DNA of 64,000 nucleotides, taken from assembly GCA_045863235.1 (NCBI GenBank), contig BTUM01000009.1, positions 1 to 64,000 on the forward strand, read 5' to 3'. Numbering within the stretch: the stretch's first letter is position 1; every line of letters begins with the position of its first letter. Origin of the DNA: Candidatus Xenobia bacterium. GTDB taxonomy: Bacteria; Vulcanimicrobiota; Xenobia; Xenobiales; QWHO01. Shown piece after piece: positions 29,171-37,411 of this stretch. Under the pieces are notes generated by a model. It had not been told where the DNA came from. It did not search any database and worked only from the letters and a program-made list of their open reading frames with translations. The translations under genes and the position numbers were made by a program.

Positions 29171-29665
29171 ATGGAAAGCATCCGCAGATTCTTCACCCTG
29201 GAGGAGGACAGCTTCTCCTCGGATGTATTGAACTCCGAGTCGGTCTCGACTTCCGGCTCGGCAGCCTCGGCCCAGCCGGCGGCGAGAGCCAACCCCGCCC
29301 CCCCCGCCGGCGCCCTGGCCCAGCCGCGGCGTAACAACAACGTGGTGGGACTACCCTCGACGCGCAAGGAAGAGATCGTGGTGCTCGAGCCGGCCTCCTT
29401 TGCCGATGCGCGCGAGATCGCCGAGGCGCTCAAAGTCAAGAAGAGCATTCTGCTCAATATGCGCAAGACCGACAAGGAATTGGCCCGCCGCATCATCGAC
29501 TTCCTGTCGGGCATCTCCTACGCCATCGGCGGCCACAGCCAGAAGGTGGCCGACCAGATCTTCCTGTTCACGCCCGGTCACATCGAGATCCTGGTGCCCG
29601 ACCCCAACAGCTACCAGGCCGCCGGCGGCGGCGATCCGGAGTCAGTGTCGCTCGACGGCCTGTAA
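29171..29665 (+). CDS. sepF: Cell division protein SepF
   Basis: EPASFADAREIAEAL, ARRIIDFLSG..YAIGG, IFLFTP; the usual yggS-sepF order. Confidence 0.92.
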   Translation: MESIRRFFTLEEDSFSSDVLNSESVSTSGSAASAQPAARANPAPPAGALAQPRRNNNVVGLPSTRKEEIVVLEPASFADAREIAEALKVKKSILLNMRKTDKELARRIIDFLSGISYAIGGHSQKVADQIFLFTPGHIEILVPDPNSYQAAGGGDPESVSLDGL

Positions 29666-29753
29666 GCCTGCTCGGTCAGGTCGTACGAAGTCCCGTGCCT
29701 TGACGTTCGCCGCCGGGGGAGGTTGCGGGCGAAACCCTTCGAACTTCCGCCAG

Positions 29754-31007
29754 ATGCTCTCTCGACGGACCTTTCTAACGGTTACGGCGGGCCTTCTCGC
29801 AGCAAGCTGCGGGGGCAATGACCCCCCCGCCGAGCTGCCGGCGACCGCGCCCGCGCTTCCCAGCCCCCTCGCGACCACCCTCACAGGACGCGTGGAGCTC
29901 TCGCAGCTCGGGAACAGCCCGTTCCAGGTCTGGTCGCCATTCGGAGCAGCCGCCCGGGTCCGGGACGGGCTCTTCACGACGACAACATCAGGAATTGCGC
30001 GCCAACTCCAGGTGCTCCTGGACAGCCTTGGAAACATCCGAGCCCTCAGCATCGCCGAGCCCGGCCAGAGCCTTCTCTTCGACGCGCAGAACACCGCGAA
30101 GGGCCTCATGTCACTGGTCCCGGGCATCCTGAGGACCCGGCTCGACGATCCCCTTCCGCCGGTCGATACCAGCGCCCTCGTCAGCCTTCTAGCTCCGCGG
30201 CTCGCAACCTGGACCATCGGAGAGCTGCTCGAGGATGAAGCCGTGCAGGAAGCCATCAACACGGCTGCGGAGCCCTTCTTTGCGCCCGCTCAGGCCAGAC
30301 TGGACCCGGCTCCCCCTACAGGCTTGACGCTGGCCGACGGCGTTCTCCTGAACCAGGTTTACCGTGTGGTCCAGGTGACACGCGAGCTGCGCGATACGCA
30401 GGGGCAGCTCGTCCGGGAAGAGGAGCTCGGATTTCTTCTCCCGGCGCAGGCCCTTCACCCGGGGTCGCTCTTTCTCACCCAGGAGGGTAAGCCCACGCAA
30501 CTTGCGGCCGCGTTACCGCCCCCGGGTCTGACCCAGAGCTTCCGAGTCCGGGGACCGTCACTGACCGGGCCGCCCCCGCCTGGCGCTCCTCGCATCGAAC
30601 CTCCCTCCAGCAGCATCAGCATTTGCGAGATGATTTACCTGCTGGGGGAGTTAAGCGCCGCATCTCAGACAAGCGCGACCGATGCCGAGCTAGCCTTTGT
30701 CAAGCTGATGAGTGAGGTAGGCCAGCAACAGGCCCAGGCGGCGCTCAATCAGCTCCTCCAGGCAGCTGAGCAGCAGCAGCAAGCGAACCACTTGAGTGGG
30801 ATCGCCAAGCTCGAAGACCTTCTTCTGACTGCTCTGCGTCTGTTCATGGACCACATTGCGTCCAGCCTCGAGCTGGGCAACTTCGCAAGGAACGCTCTGG
30901 AATTCATGCTGGAGCACCCGGAAGTATTCTTTCGAATCCGAGCGCTGATGCGGGCGATGCTCCGTTACCTGGAGCCTTACGCGGAGGAGGCATTGCTGTC
31001 GGGCTGA
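29754..31007 (+). CDS. Tat-exported lipoprotein, unknown function
   Basis: MLSRRTFLTVTAGLLAASCGG: twin-arginine motif and lipobox. Confidence 0.75.
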   Translation: MLSRRTFLTVTAGLLAASCGGNDPPAELPATAPALPSPLATTLTGRVELSQLGNSPFQVWSPFGAAARVRDGLFTTTTSGIARQLQVLLDSLGNIRALSIAEPGQSLLFDAQNTAKGLMSLVPGILRTRLDDPLPPVDTSALVSLLAPRLATWTIGELLEDEAVQEAINTAAEPFFAPAQARLDPAPPTGLTLADGVLLNQVYRVVQVTRELRDTQGQLVREEELGFLLPAQALHPGSLFLTQEGKPTQLAAALPPPGLTQSFRVRGPSLTGPPPPGAPRIEPPSSSISICEMIYLLGELSAASQTSATDAELAFVKLMSEVGQQQAQAALNQLLQAAEQQQQANHLSGIAKLEDLLLTALRLFMDHIASSLELGNFARNALEFMLEHPEVFFRIRALMRAMLRYLEPYAEEALLSG

Positions 31008-31042
31008 GGTCCGGTCGCAAACCTTCCATGGGAAAACAGGGA

Positions 31043-31290
31043 CAGGATGATGCCCATGGGGGGCAGGATGATGCAAAACAGATTGTGTAGAGCATCAGCC
31101 TGCTACACAATCTGCTGAGCGCAAGATGATGCAAAAGCCCTCTTCGAGGACTTTTGCATCACTCTGCTAGGAGCGCAGCCGGAAACCCCCTTGACACGGT
31201 TTTCCGGCTGCGCGACGCCCAACATGTTGTGCTAGAAGTTCGGCCGCCCACAATATCTTGTGGTGGCGGAGGTTCCCTCCGACACCACAG
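31043..31290. repeat. Nested MITE/REP-like hairpin cluster, copy 2
   Basis: 31119-31170 is the reverse complement of 4587-4638 (2 mismatches). Also CAGGATGATGCAAAA (31064-31078), CAGATTGTGTAG...CTACACAATCTG (31079-31114), and ATCTTGTGGTGGCGGAG...CGACACCACA shared with 4648-4682. Confidence 0.8.
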
Positions 31291-31309
31291 GGGGTTTGCG
31301 GCTGGACCT

Positions 31310-33142
31310 CTAGCCCCGACTGGTGTTGCGCCGCTGCACCTGGGCCGTCAGGCCGGTCGCGAGGGCACCACTGGTGTCGCTCTGAATGTCGGCCAGCATG
31401 TCGCGGCCATACATCCGCTGGTAGGCGGCCGCGATGGCGTCGATCTGGGGCTTGGAGCGAGTGGCCAGGATGTCGATCAGGACCTGCTCGTCGGTGCCCG
31501 TCTGGTTGTAAGCGGCATCGTAGATTCGCTGGGCGTCCTGGGTGGCGGCCAGCGGGTCGACCTGGCCACTCTCGTCGCGCCCACCTTGAGCCAACTTGAC
31601 CGCCAGGGTGCCGGCCCAGCCCGAGGTGCTGTCCTGCATGGCTTGCTCGAGAGTCTTCCCGAAGCGGCGCTGGTAGGCGGCGCTGATCTCGGCTATCTCG
31701 GCATTGCTGCGGTTGGAGAGCACCTCGAAGATGGCCGAGTAGTCGTTGCTGAAGGTGCCCAGGGAAGAGTTGATGCGCACCGCATCCTGGTCGCAAGCAA
31801 CCCGGTCCACCGCGGGCTGAGTGGGCTGCGTCGGTTGAGTGGGTTGCGTCGGCTGGGTGGGTTGCGTGGGCTGGGTAGGCTGCGTCGGCTGGGTGGGCTG
31901 CGTCGGCTGAGTGGGCTGGTCGCGGGGGCCCACCGCATCGGCGGGGTTCTGCGCAATGGCGGCGTCCAGGTCGACCATCGCGATCAGACCGTCCCGGTTT
32001 CCTCCGTGAGCCGCCGTGTCGACAGCGTCGAGCATGGCCGGGTTCTGGAGCAGGAACTCGATCGCTTTTTTCAGATCGGGCGGGCAGGCCGGATTGCCGA
32101 GCATCGCCTCCAGGTCATTCTTGCCGATCAAGCCGTCCTTGCCGCCCCGGCCGGCAGCCGTGTCCAGGAAGTCGAAGTAACGCTTGAGGATGACAGAGGC
32201 TCGACCGAGCGTCATCTGGCCCTCGGGGTCAGGAGTGGCATCCAGACCCGAGTACTTCTGAACCGCCGAGGTCAGGTCGTTACGACCGATCTTGCCGTCA
32301 CAGTCGCCCTGGCCAGCGGCCGTCTCCAGCGCGTTGAACATCGCTGGATTGTCGAGCAGATACTTGCAGGCCTCCTTGAGCTCTTCGGAAGCGTTAGGCG
32401 CTCGCCCGGAGACGATAGCTTCCAGATCAGGCTTGCCGATGATGCCGTCGCGCGAGCCAATTCCAGCGGCGGTATCCATCAGGTCGAAGTTGGCCTGCAG
32501 CAAGGAGGCAGCCCGCGCCACGGTCATCGGCTGGCGCTGGGTGGGCGGCTGGGGAGGCTGGGGCGGGGCTGGGGGCTGGGGAGGCTGAGGGGGGGGCGGG
32601 CATCCGCCTCCACCGTGCTGAGGAGGCTGCTGTTGGCGCTGCAGCTGCTGGAGCAGCCACATCAGTTGCTGCATCTGCTGCTGCTGTTGCTGCTGCTGCA
32701 TCATCATCATCATCATGAATCCGAACTGATTCTGACTCTGCTGCATCTGCATCATCATCATCATCAACATCGGGTCCATCCCGAAGCCGCCGCCCGGGAA
32801 CCCCATCTGGCCCATCGGGAAGCCCATCTGCATCCCGCCCGGGAATCCGAACAGGCTGGCCATCATATTGGGTCCAGGAGGGCCCTGCCAGGAGTACTCG
32901 GCGCCCGGAATGATCCCCGGCATCTGCGGGAAGGGGCAGCAGTAGCGCACGGCCTGAATGTCACTGGTGCACTGACCGTAGTAGGCGCGGTGGGCGTGAA
33001 CCTGCTCGGCCGACATCCCCTGAACCGGGACCAGGCCCGACTCCAGCGCCTGATGAACCGCGGCCATCCGGAGAGCCTGCGCCTCGCGCATCTGGGGACT
33101 GATAACTACGCGCTGGGGTCCGAGTCCGGTGATGTCGCTCAC
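31310..33142 (-). CDS. Protein with Met/Gln-rich harpin-like region, two HrpF/NolX-like repeats, (PTQ)11 linker and two annexin repeats
   Basis: PPDLKKAIEFLLQNPAML and DGxIGxxDL repeats; GTDEQVLIDILATRSKPQIDAIAAAYQRMYGRDMLADIQSDTSG fits the annexin consensus; SD AAAGGAG before GTG. Confidence 0.8.
   Translation of the reverse strand: MSDITGLGPQRVVISPQMREAQALRMAAVHQALESGLVPVQGMSAEQVHAHRAYYGQCTSDIQAVRYCCPFPQMPGIIPGAEYSWQGPPGPNMMASLFGFPGGMQMGFPMGQMGFPGGGFGMDPMLMMMMMQMQQSQNQFGFMMMMMMQQQQQQQQMQQLMWLLQQLQRQQQPPQHGGGGCPPPPQPPQPPAPPQPPQPPTQRQPMTVARAASLLQANFDLMDTAAGIGSRDGIIGKPDLEAIVSGRAPNASEELKEACKYLLDNPAMFNALETAAGQGDCDGKIGRNDLTSAVQKYSGLDATPDPEGQMTLGRASVILKRYFDFLDTAAGRGGKDGLIGKNDLEAMLGNPACPPDLKKAIEFLLQNPAMLDAVDTAAHGGNRDGLIAMVDLDAAIAQNPADAVGPRDQPTQPTQPTQPTQPTQPTQPTQPTQPTQPTQPTQPAVDRVACDQDAVRINSSLGTFSNDYSAIFEVLSNRSNAEIAEISAAYQRRFGKTLEQAMQDSTSGWAGTLAVKLAQGGRDESGQVDPLAATQDAQRIYDAAYNQTGTDEQVLIDILATRSKPQIDAIAAAYQRMYGRDMLADIQSDTSGALATGLTAQVQRRNTSRG
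31817..31915 (-). repeat. 11 x 9-bp coding tandem repeat (Pro-Thr-Gln)
   Basis: Eleven units counted, with synonymous third-position variation. Confidence 0.95.
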
Positions 33143-33182
33143 AGCTGAAGTCTCCTTTGAACCACGATTTTCTTCTGGACCT

Positions 33183-33211
33183 ATTATGCCCGACCGCTCC
33201 TTAGAAGTAAA
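33183..33211 (-). promoter_or_regulatory. Putative sigma70-type promoter of the annexin-repeat gene
   Basis: TTTACT-N17-CATAAT at the edge of an AT-rich intergenic stretch (about 33180-33320). Confidence 0.5.
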
Positions 33212-33408
33212 TAGGCAAAAGTAAACACTTTATGAACGAAAACAAAAGGAATGAAAAGGTGCACCAAATAACCCATTTAAACATAGCTTTCACAGCTAAA
33301 TATAGACATCAAAAAATGTCCATACCGACACCCGACAAGGTGCCCCGAGACAGGAATGGAACGGTCATGTTCGCCAGGGCAGGTCCGCGCTCGACCTGCT
33401 TATGAGGC

Positions 33409-34404
33409 TCAGGGCGCGGCAGTGCCCACGCAATTGCGGCCTTTCTCCTTGGCCCCGTAGAGAGCTTCGTCGGCCGCCTTCAAGAGCAGGTCGGCCCGCT
33501 CCATGCCCGGATCGGACTGGGCGACACCGAACGAGGCCGTGATCGAGCGATTGAAGCCGGGATACTCGATCGCCTCGCCTTCCAGGCCGGTGCGCAACCG
33601 CTCGGCCAGCAGCCGGCCGCCCTCCAGATCGGTGGCCGGAGAGATCACCAGAAACTCCTCGCCACCGAAGCGGCATACCTGGTCACAGCCCCGGGCCAGG
33701 CTGCGCAAGCGGGCCGCCACCTGCACCAGGACCTGGTCCCCGCATTCGTGACCGAAGCCGTCGTTGATCTGCTTGAAGTGATCCACATCGCAGATGGTGC
33801 AGGCGAAGACCTGCTCGCTGCGACGAAACAGCTCCCACAACTGGGTCACGTGCTCGAGCGCAAACCGGCGATTGGGCAGGCCGGTCAGAGCGTCGGTAAA
33901 GGCCATCTTCTCAAACTTCTTGCTCATGGCCTGAAGCTCTCGGTTGCGGATCTCGAGATCGTGGCGCAGCTCGGTCAACTCCCTCAGGTGACGCTTCTCG
34001 GCATCGCGCAGACGCTTCTTCTCCAGGCAGGCGTTCACCCGAGCGCGCAGGAGACGAGGATCGAACGGCTTGCTCAGGTAGTCCTCGGCTCCCAGCTCGA
34101 TACAGGAAGCCGCCACCGACACCTCTTCATGGCTCGAGATCACCACCACCGGAAGAGCTCCCAGCAGAGCCTTGTGACGCAGCACCTGCAGCACCTCGTG
34201 ACCATCCATCTCGGGCATGGTCAGATCGAGCAGCACCAGGTCGAACTGAGCCGCCTCGATCATCTCCAGCGCCTGACGACCATTCTCGGCCTCGTCCACC
34301 AGATGTCCCATCTCCCCCAGATGGTGCCGCAGAAGGGTCCGATTCATCAAACCGTCGTCCACTACCAGCACCTTGCCAGGCTCGAGGCTGATCTCATACT
34401 CCAC
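33409..34404 (-). CDS. Response-regulator diguanylate cyclase (WspR/PleD-like)
   Basis: VLVVDD, DLTMPEMDG, TDALTGLPNRR, DVDHFKQIND, RFGGEEF; start uncertain. Confidence 0.9.
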   Translation of the reverse strand: MEYEISLEPGKVLVVDDGLMNRTLLRHHLGEMGHLVDEAENGRQALEMIEAAQFDLVLLDLTMPEMDGHEVLQVLRHKALLGALPVVVISSHEEVSVAASCIELGAEDYLSKPFDPRLLRARVNACLEKKRLRDAEKRHLRELTELRHDLEIRNRELQAMSKKFEKMAFTDALTGLPNRRFALEHVTQLWELFRRSEQVFACTICDVDHFKQINDGFGHECGDQVLVQVAARLRSLARGCDQVCRFGGEEFLVISPATDLEGGRLLAERLRTGLEGEAIEYPGFNRSITASFGVAQSDPGMERADLLLKAADEALYGAKEKGRNCVGTAAP

Positions 34405-34477
34405 CTGGGGAGCTTTGCAGCCTGACAAGCCGGCTCCTCCCGGCAAGAGTCCTCGGCCCGGCGACGAACTCCTCCGC

Positions 34478-34648
34478 ATGCCCTGGTGCCCGTTCAAAGA
34501 CTGCGAGTGCTACCGCGAGTGCCCCCTTTTCGTGGCCTCGGTGGAGCGATGCCAGTTCGTGGTCAAAACCATGCAGCTCGAAGACCTGCACAAGATTGCC
34601 CTGATCGCCCTCGATCGCATGACCGAGGAGGAGGCCAGGCTCGATTGA
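34478..34648 (+). CDS. Small Cys-rich protein (56 aa)
   Basis: MPWCPFKDCECYRECPLFVASVERCQF; its stop overlaps the TTG of the next gene. Confidence 0.55.
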   Translation: MPWCPFKDCECYRECPLFVASVERCQFVVKTMQLEDLHKIALIALDRMTEEEARLD

Positions 34649-34992
34649 ACGAGGAAGCGCTGGCATTCTACCGCCAGCTCGAAAACGAGATCCAGACCGC
34701 CCTGCAGGATTTGACCGTGGTCCCGCCGCGCAAGTCCAGGCCGAGCGCCGTGCTGCGCCAGAGGCTCGAGGAGCGGCTCCAAAACCAGCGCGAGATCCTG
34801 CAGCGACTCGAGGCCGGCCAGATTCAATCCGAGCAGGCGCTGCAAATGATCGTGGAAGAGCAGGCTCGAGAAGCGACTCAACCCGGAGTCTACGGAGACT
34901 ACCTCAGCCGCCTCTCCGGACACCTCAAGAAGCTCTCCGGCAAGGTTCCAGGAACGGAACCGAAAGCCGCCGAAGGGCCCGCCGATGACTGA
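34645..34992 (+). CDS. Hypothetical helical protein
   Basis: TTGA overlap with the upstream ORF and 8-nt overlap with the downstream ORF. Confidence 0.6.
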   Translation: MNEEALAFYRQLENEIQTALQDLTVVPPRKSRPSAVLRQRLEERLQNQREILQRLEAGQIQSEQALQMIVEEQAREATQPGVYGDYLSRLSGHLKKLSGKVPGTEPKAAEGPADD

Positions 34993-35356
34993 GGTGGCTT
35001 CCGATCTTCTCACGTTTCTGCGCAATCTGGCCGACCATCTGGCTCTGGGGACTCCCCTGCCGATGGAGGAGATCCGCAACTCTCTCAACCTGGTCAAGAA
35101 CACCCTCGAGCAACTCTATGCCCAGTATGAAGCCCCCGCACCAGCCGGAGCCGAGGTCATCCGCGAGTTCATGCTGGAAGCGCTGCAGCTCTTCTACGAC
35201 GCGGTGGAGGGCATCGAGGCCTACGTCGAGACCGGGGAGCGCGACCGACTGGCCGAGTCGGTTCTCAAAGCCGAAGAGGCCAACGATATCCTCAGCTCGA
35301 TCGAGTATGTGATCGAGCAGAACAAGCAGTGGTTGAGCCAGTTCTCGGCCGGTTAA
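34985..35356 (+). CDS. Hypothetical acidic helical protein
   Basis: Coding-like codon usage; third gene of a coupled trio. Confidence 0.7.
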   Translation: MTEVASDLLTFLRNLADHLALGTPLPMEEIRNSLNLVKNTLEQLYAQYEAPAPAGAEVIREFMLEALQLFYDAVEGIEAYVETGERDRLAESVLKAEEANDILSSIEYVIEQNKQWLSQFSAG

Positions 35357-35472
35357 TGCGCGCGTGCTCTGGTCTTGCACATTGACACAATCTGACGAAC
35401 GCGCCGGAACTTCGTTCCAGTGCGCTGTAAAGTGCAAGACCAAGGGCCTTGCACTCTAGCCGGCTCCCCTGA

Positions 35473-36423
35473 ATGGCCCGCGACTATCTGAGCCAGGACG
35501 AGCTGCTCGAGCAGGCGCGCGAGCTGGGCCTCGATCTGACAGAGCGCACTCTGAAGTTCTATACCGCTCGGGGCCTGGTGCCCCGCCCGGAGAAGAAGCC
35601 GTTCCCGGCGGCCGATGGACGGGTGGCCTACTTCCATCGCGACGTCTTGCGTCGCTTGCGCCGCATCGAGCAGCTGAAGGCCCAGGGCTTCAAGCTCGAG
35701 CAGATCCGAAAACTGCTCGAGCAAAAGGGCGGAGAGAGCCTGCGCTCCCTCGGCCCGGCCGAAGAAGACTGGCGCCGCCAGGTCGCCTTCCGCTACCTTC
35801 ACCAGCAGGCGGGGGAGGAGGGCCGCCGAGCTCGGGTCGAGTTCCTGGCCAGCGTGCTCGGCACCGACCAGGAGGAGACCCTGCAGCGGGCGGCACGCCG
35901 CTATATGACCCGCTTGTTGACCCCGCTCATCGGGGAAACCGAAGCCACCCGATATGTCGAGGAGTACTTCCTCGGACTCCCCCCTCGCGAGCTCAATCGC
36001 CGAATGGAGCTCTTTCGGCACTGGAGAGACGAAGAGAAGAAGAAGGACCGGCAGGCCTCTCCTCTGGAGCTGCTCAGGCGCATGACCTCCGACTTTCTGA
36101 TGGGACTGGTGCAGGCCCCCGCCTTCGCGGGCGAGCTGGCCAGAGTGCGCGAGAGGCTCTCGGTCCGGCGCCAGGCCGTGGCTGCCCTGACCGACGCTCC
36201 CTGGCACGAGCCCATGCTGTTGAGCATGGCCCTGGAGTCCCTCGAGCATGCCGATCAGGGCCTGAAAGCCCTGGAGCAGGCGAGCCTGGAGAAAGATTCA
36301 AAGAGCGTGGGGGCAGGATTGGAGACTTTTCAAAGAGCCACCGACCAGCTGAGCCTCATCCTGACGCTGGCTCACGACCACGCGACCCTGCTAGAGAGAG
36401 GTCAGGGGCTATACCTGCCATGA
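35473..36423 (+). CDS. MerR-family HTH regulator
   Basis: LTERTLKFYTARGLVPRP...LRRLRRIEQLKAQGFKLEQIRKLL. Confidence 0.8.
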   Translation: MARDYLSQDELLEQARELGLDLTERTLKFYTARGLVPRPEKKPFPAADGRVAYFHRDVLRRLRRIEQLKAQGFKLEQIRKLLEQKGGESLRSLGPAEEDWRRQVAFRYLHQQAGEEGRRARVEFLASVLGTDQEETLQRAARRYMTRLLTPLIGETEATRYVEEYFLGLPPRELNRRMELFRHWRDEEKKKDRQASPLELLRRMTSDFLMGLVQAPAFAGELARVRERLSVRRQAVAALTDAPWHEPMLLSMALESLEHADQGLKALEQASLEKDSKSVGAGLETFQRATDQLSLILTLAHDHATLLERGQGLYLP

Positions 36424-36446
36424 ACGGTGTGCTATAGTAGAGCTAG

Positions 36447-36731
36447 ATGTTTTCAGTGGAAATCCTCATTCATTTTCACTGCCCGCATTGCAGCTATCAG
36501 CTCAAGCGCCGTTTCCTCGACTATCTCTCCTCACGCACCACGCGCTGCCCGAGTTGCCAGGTCAAACTGGTCCACCTGGCCCGCGGCGAGACTCCCTCGC
36601 GGCACAACGTGGACATGGAAGAGATACGCCGAGCCATCGAGCGTCTTGAAGGCGACTGGGGATGCCTGATCAACGAATATCTCACGCACCAGTCGCGCGA
36701 GTGGGGCAAGGACGAGCCGGGTCTGGCCTGA
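36447..36731 (+). CDS. Small zinc-ribbon protein
   Basis: CPHC...CPSC; TGcTATAGT 8 nt upstream of the ATG. Confidence 0.65.
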   Translation: MFSVEILIHFHCPHCSYQLKRRFLDYLSSRTTRCPSCQVKLVHLARGETPSRHNVDMEEIRRAIERLEGDWGCLINEYLTHQSREWGKDEPGLA

Positions 36732-36742
36732 CCCGGCTCGCG

Positions 36743-37411
36743 TTATTCAGGGGGCCTGGCCGGGCGATGGTTCCAGACCTCGGTATCGTCCTCATCCGCG
36801 CTTGAGCCCAGACCTGCCGCCAGGCTTCCTCCCAGGTCGCCCACCAGGTGGGAAACGCTTTCGGGCTGGCCGGTCAGAGTCACGGCCCGCCTGGGAGCCT
36901 CGAAGATGAACACGATGTCTCCGATGGCCACTTTGTCTCCATCGCTCAACACGTACTCCTGCACACGCTGACCGTTGACAAAGGTGCCGTTGCGGCTGCC
37001 CAGGTCACGCAACAGGTAGCCCTCGGCCAGGCGCACGACTTCGGCATGACGGCGCGAGACGGACTCGTTGTTGAGCATCAGGTCGCACTTGACCTCACGC
37101 CCGATGACGATCTGGTCTTTGTTCATGGGGAAGGAGGGCTTCAGACCCTCGCCGTGCGGCTTGAGCCAGGCCCAGGGCTGCCTGGGGATCTCCGGGCGGA
37201 TCAACTGCTCCTCCAGGGTCACGGGAAAGAGCGACTGTCCAACGTGATAGGAGATGGCCACAAAAACGGCCATGAAGATCAGCACGATGAAGATGCCGCC
37301 CACGGGAGGCAGCTCCATGCGCGACTCGAGAAACTGAACCGTCCACAGACCGCAGGCTCCCCCCAGGAGAAAGGAAGCCACATTGAACAGCCAGCGGCGC
37401 AAGATGGTCAC
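36743..37411 (-). CDS. Membrane protein with FHA domain
   Basis: Two TM segments; IGR, SVSRRHA, DLGSRNGTFVNG. Confidence 0.9.
   Translation of the reverse strand: MTILRRWLFNVASFLLGGACGLWTVQFLESRMELPPVGGIFIVLIFMAVFVAISYHVGQSLFPVTLEEQLIRPEIPRQPWAWLKPHGEGLKPSFPMNKDQIVIGREVKCDLMLNNESVSRRHAEVVRLAEGYLLRDLGSRNGTFVNGQRVQEYVLSDGDKVAIGDIVFIFEAPRRAVTLTGQPESVSHLVGDLGGSLAAGLGSSADEDDTEVWNHRPARPPE

Noticed and set aside
31817..31915. Short tandem repeat considered as a CRISPR array or VNTR switch
   Set aside because: In-frame 9-bp units with synonymous variation and no spacers; it encodes a PTQ linker.
33200..33330. Sigma-28 or PIP-box promoter for the annexin/translocator-like gene
   Set aside because: TAAA...GCCTATTT and TTCG spacings do not fit the consensus. 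Only a sigma70-like promoter is supportable.
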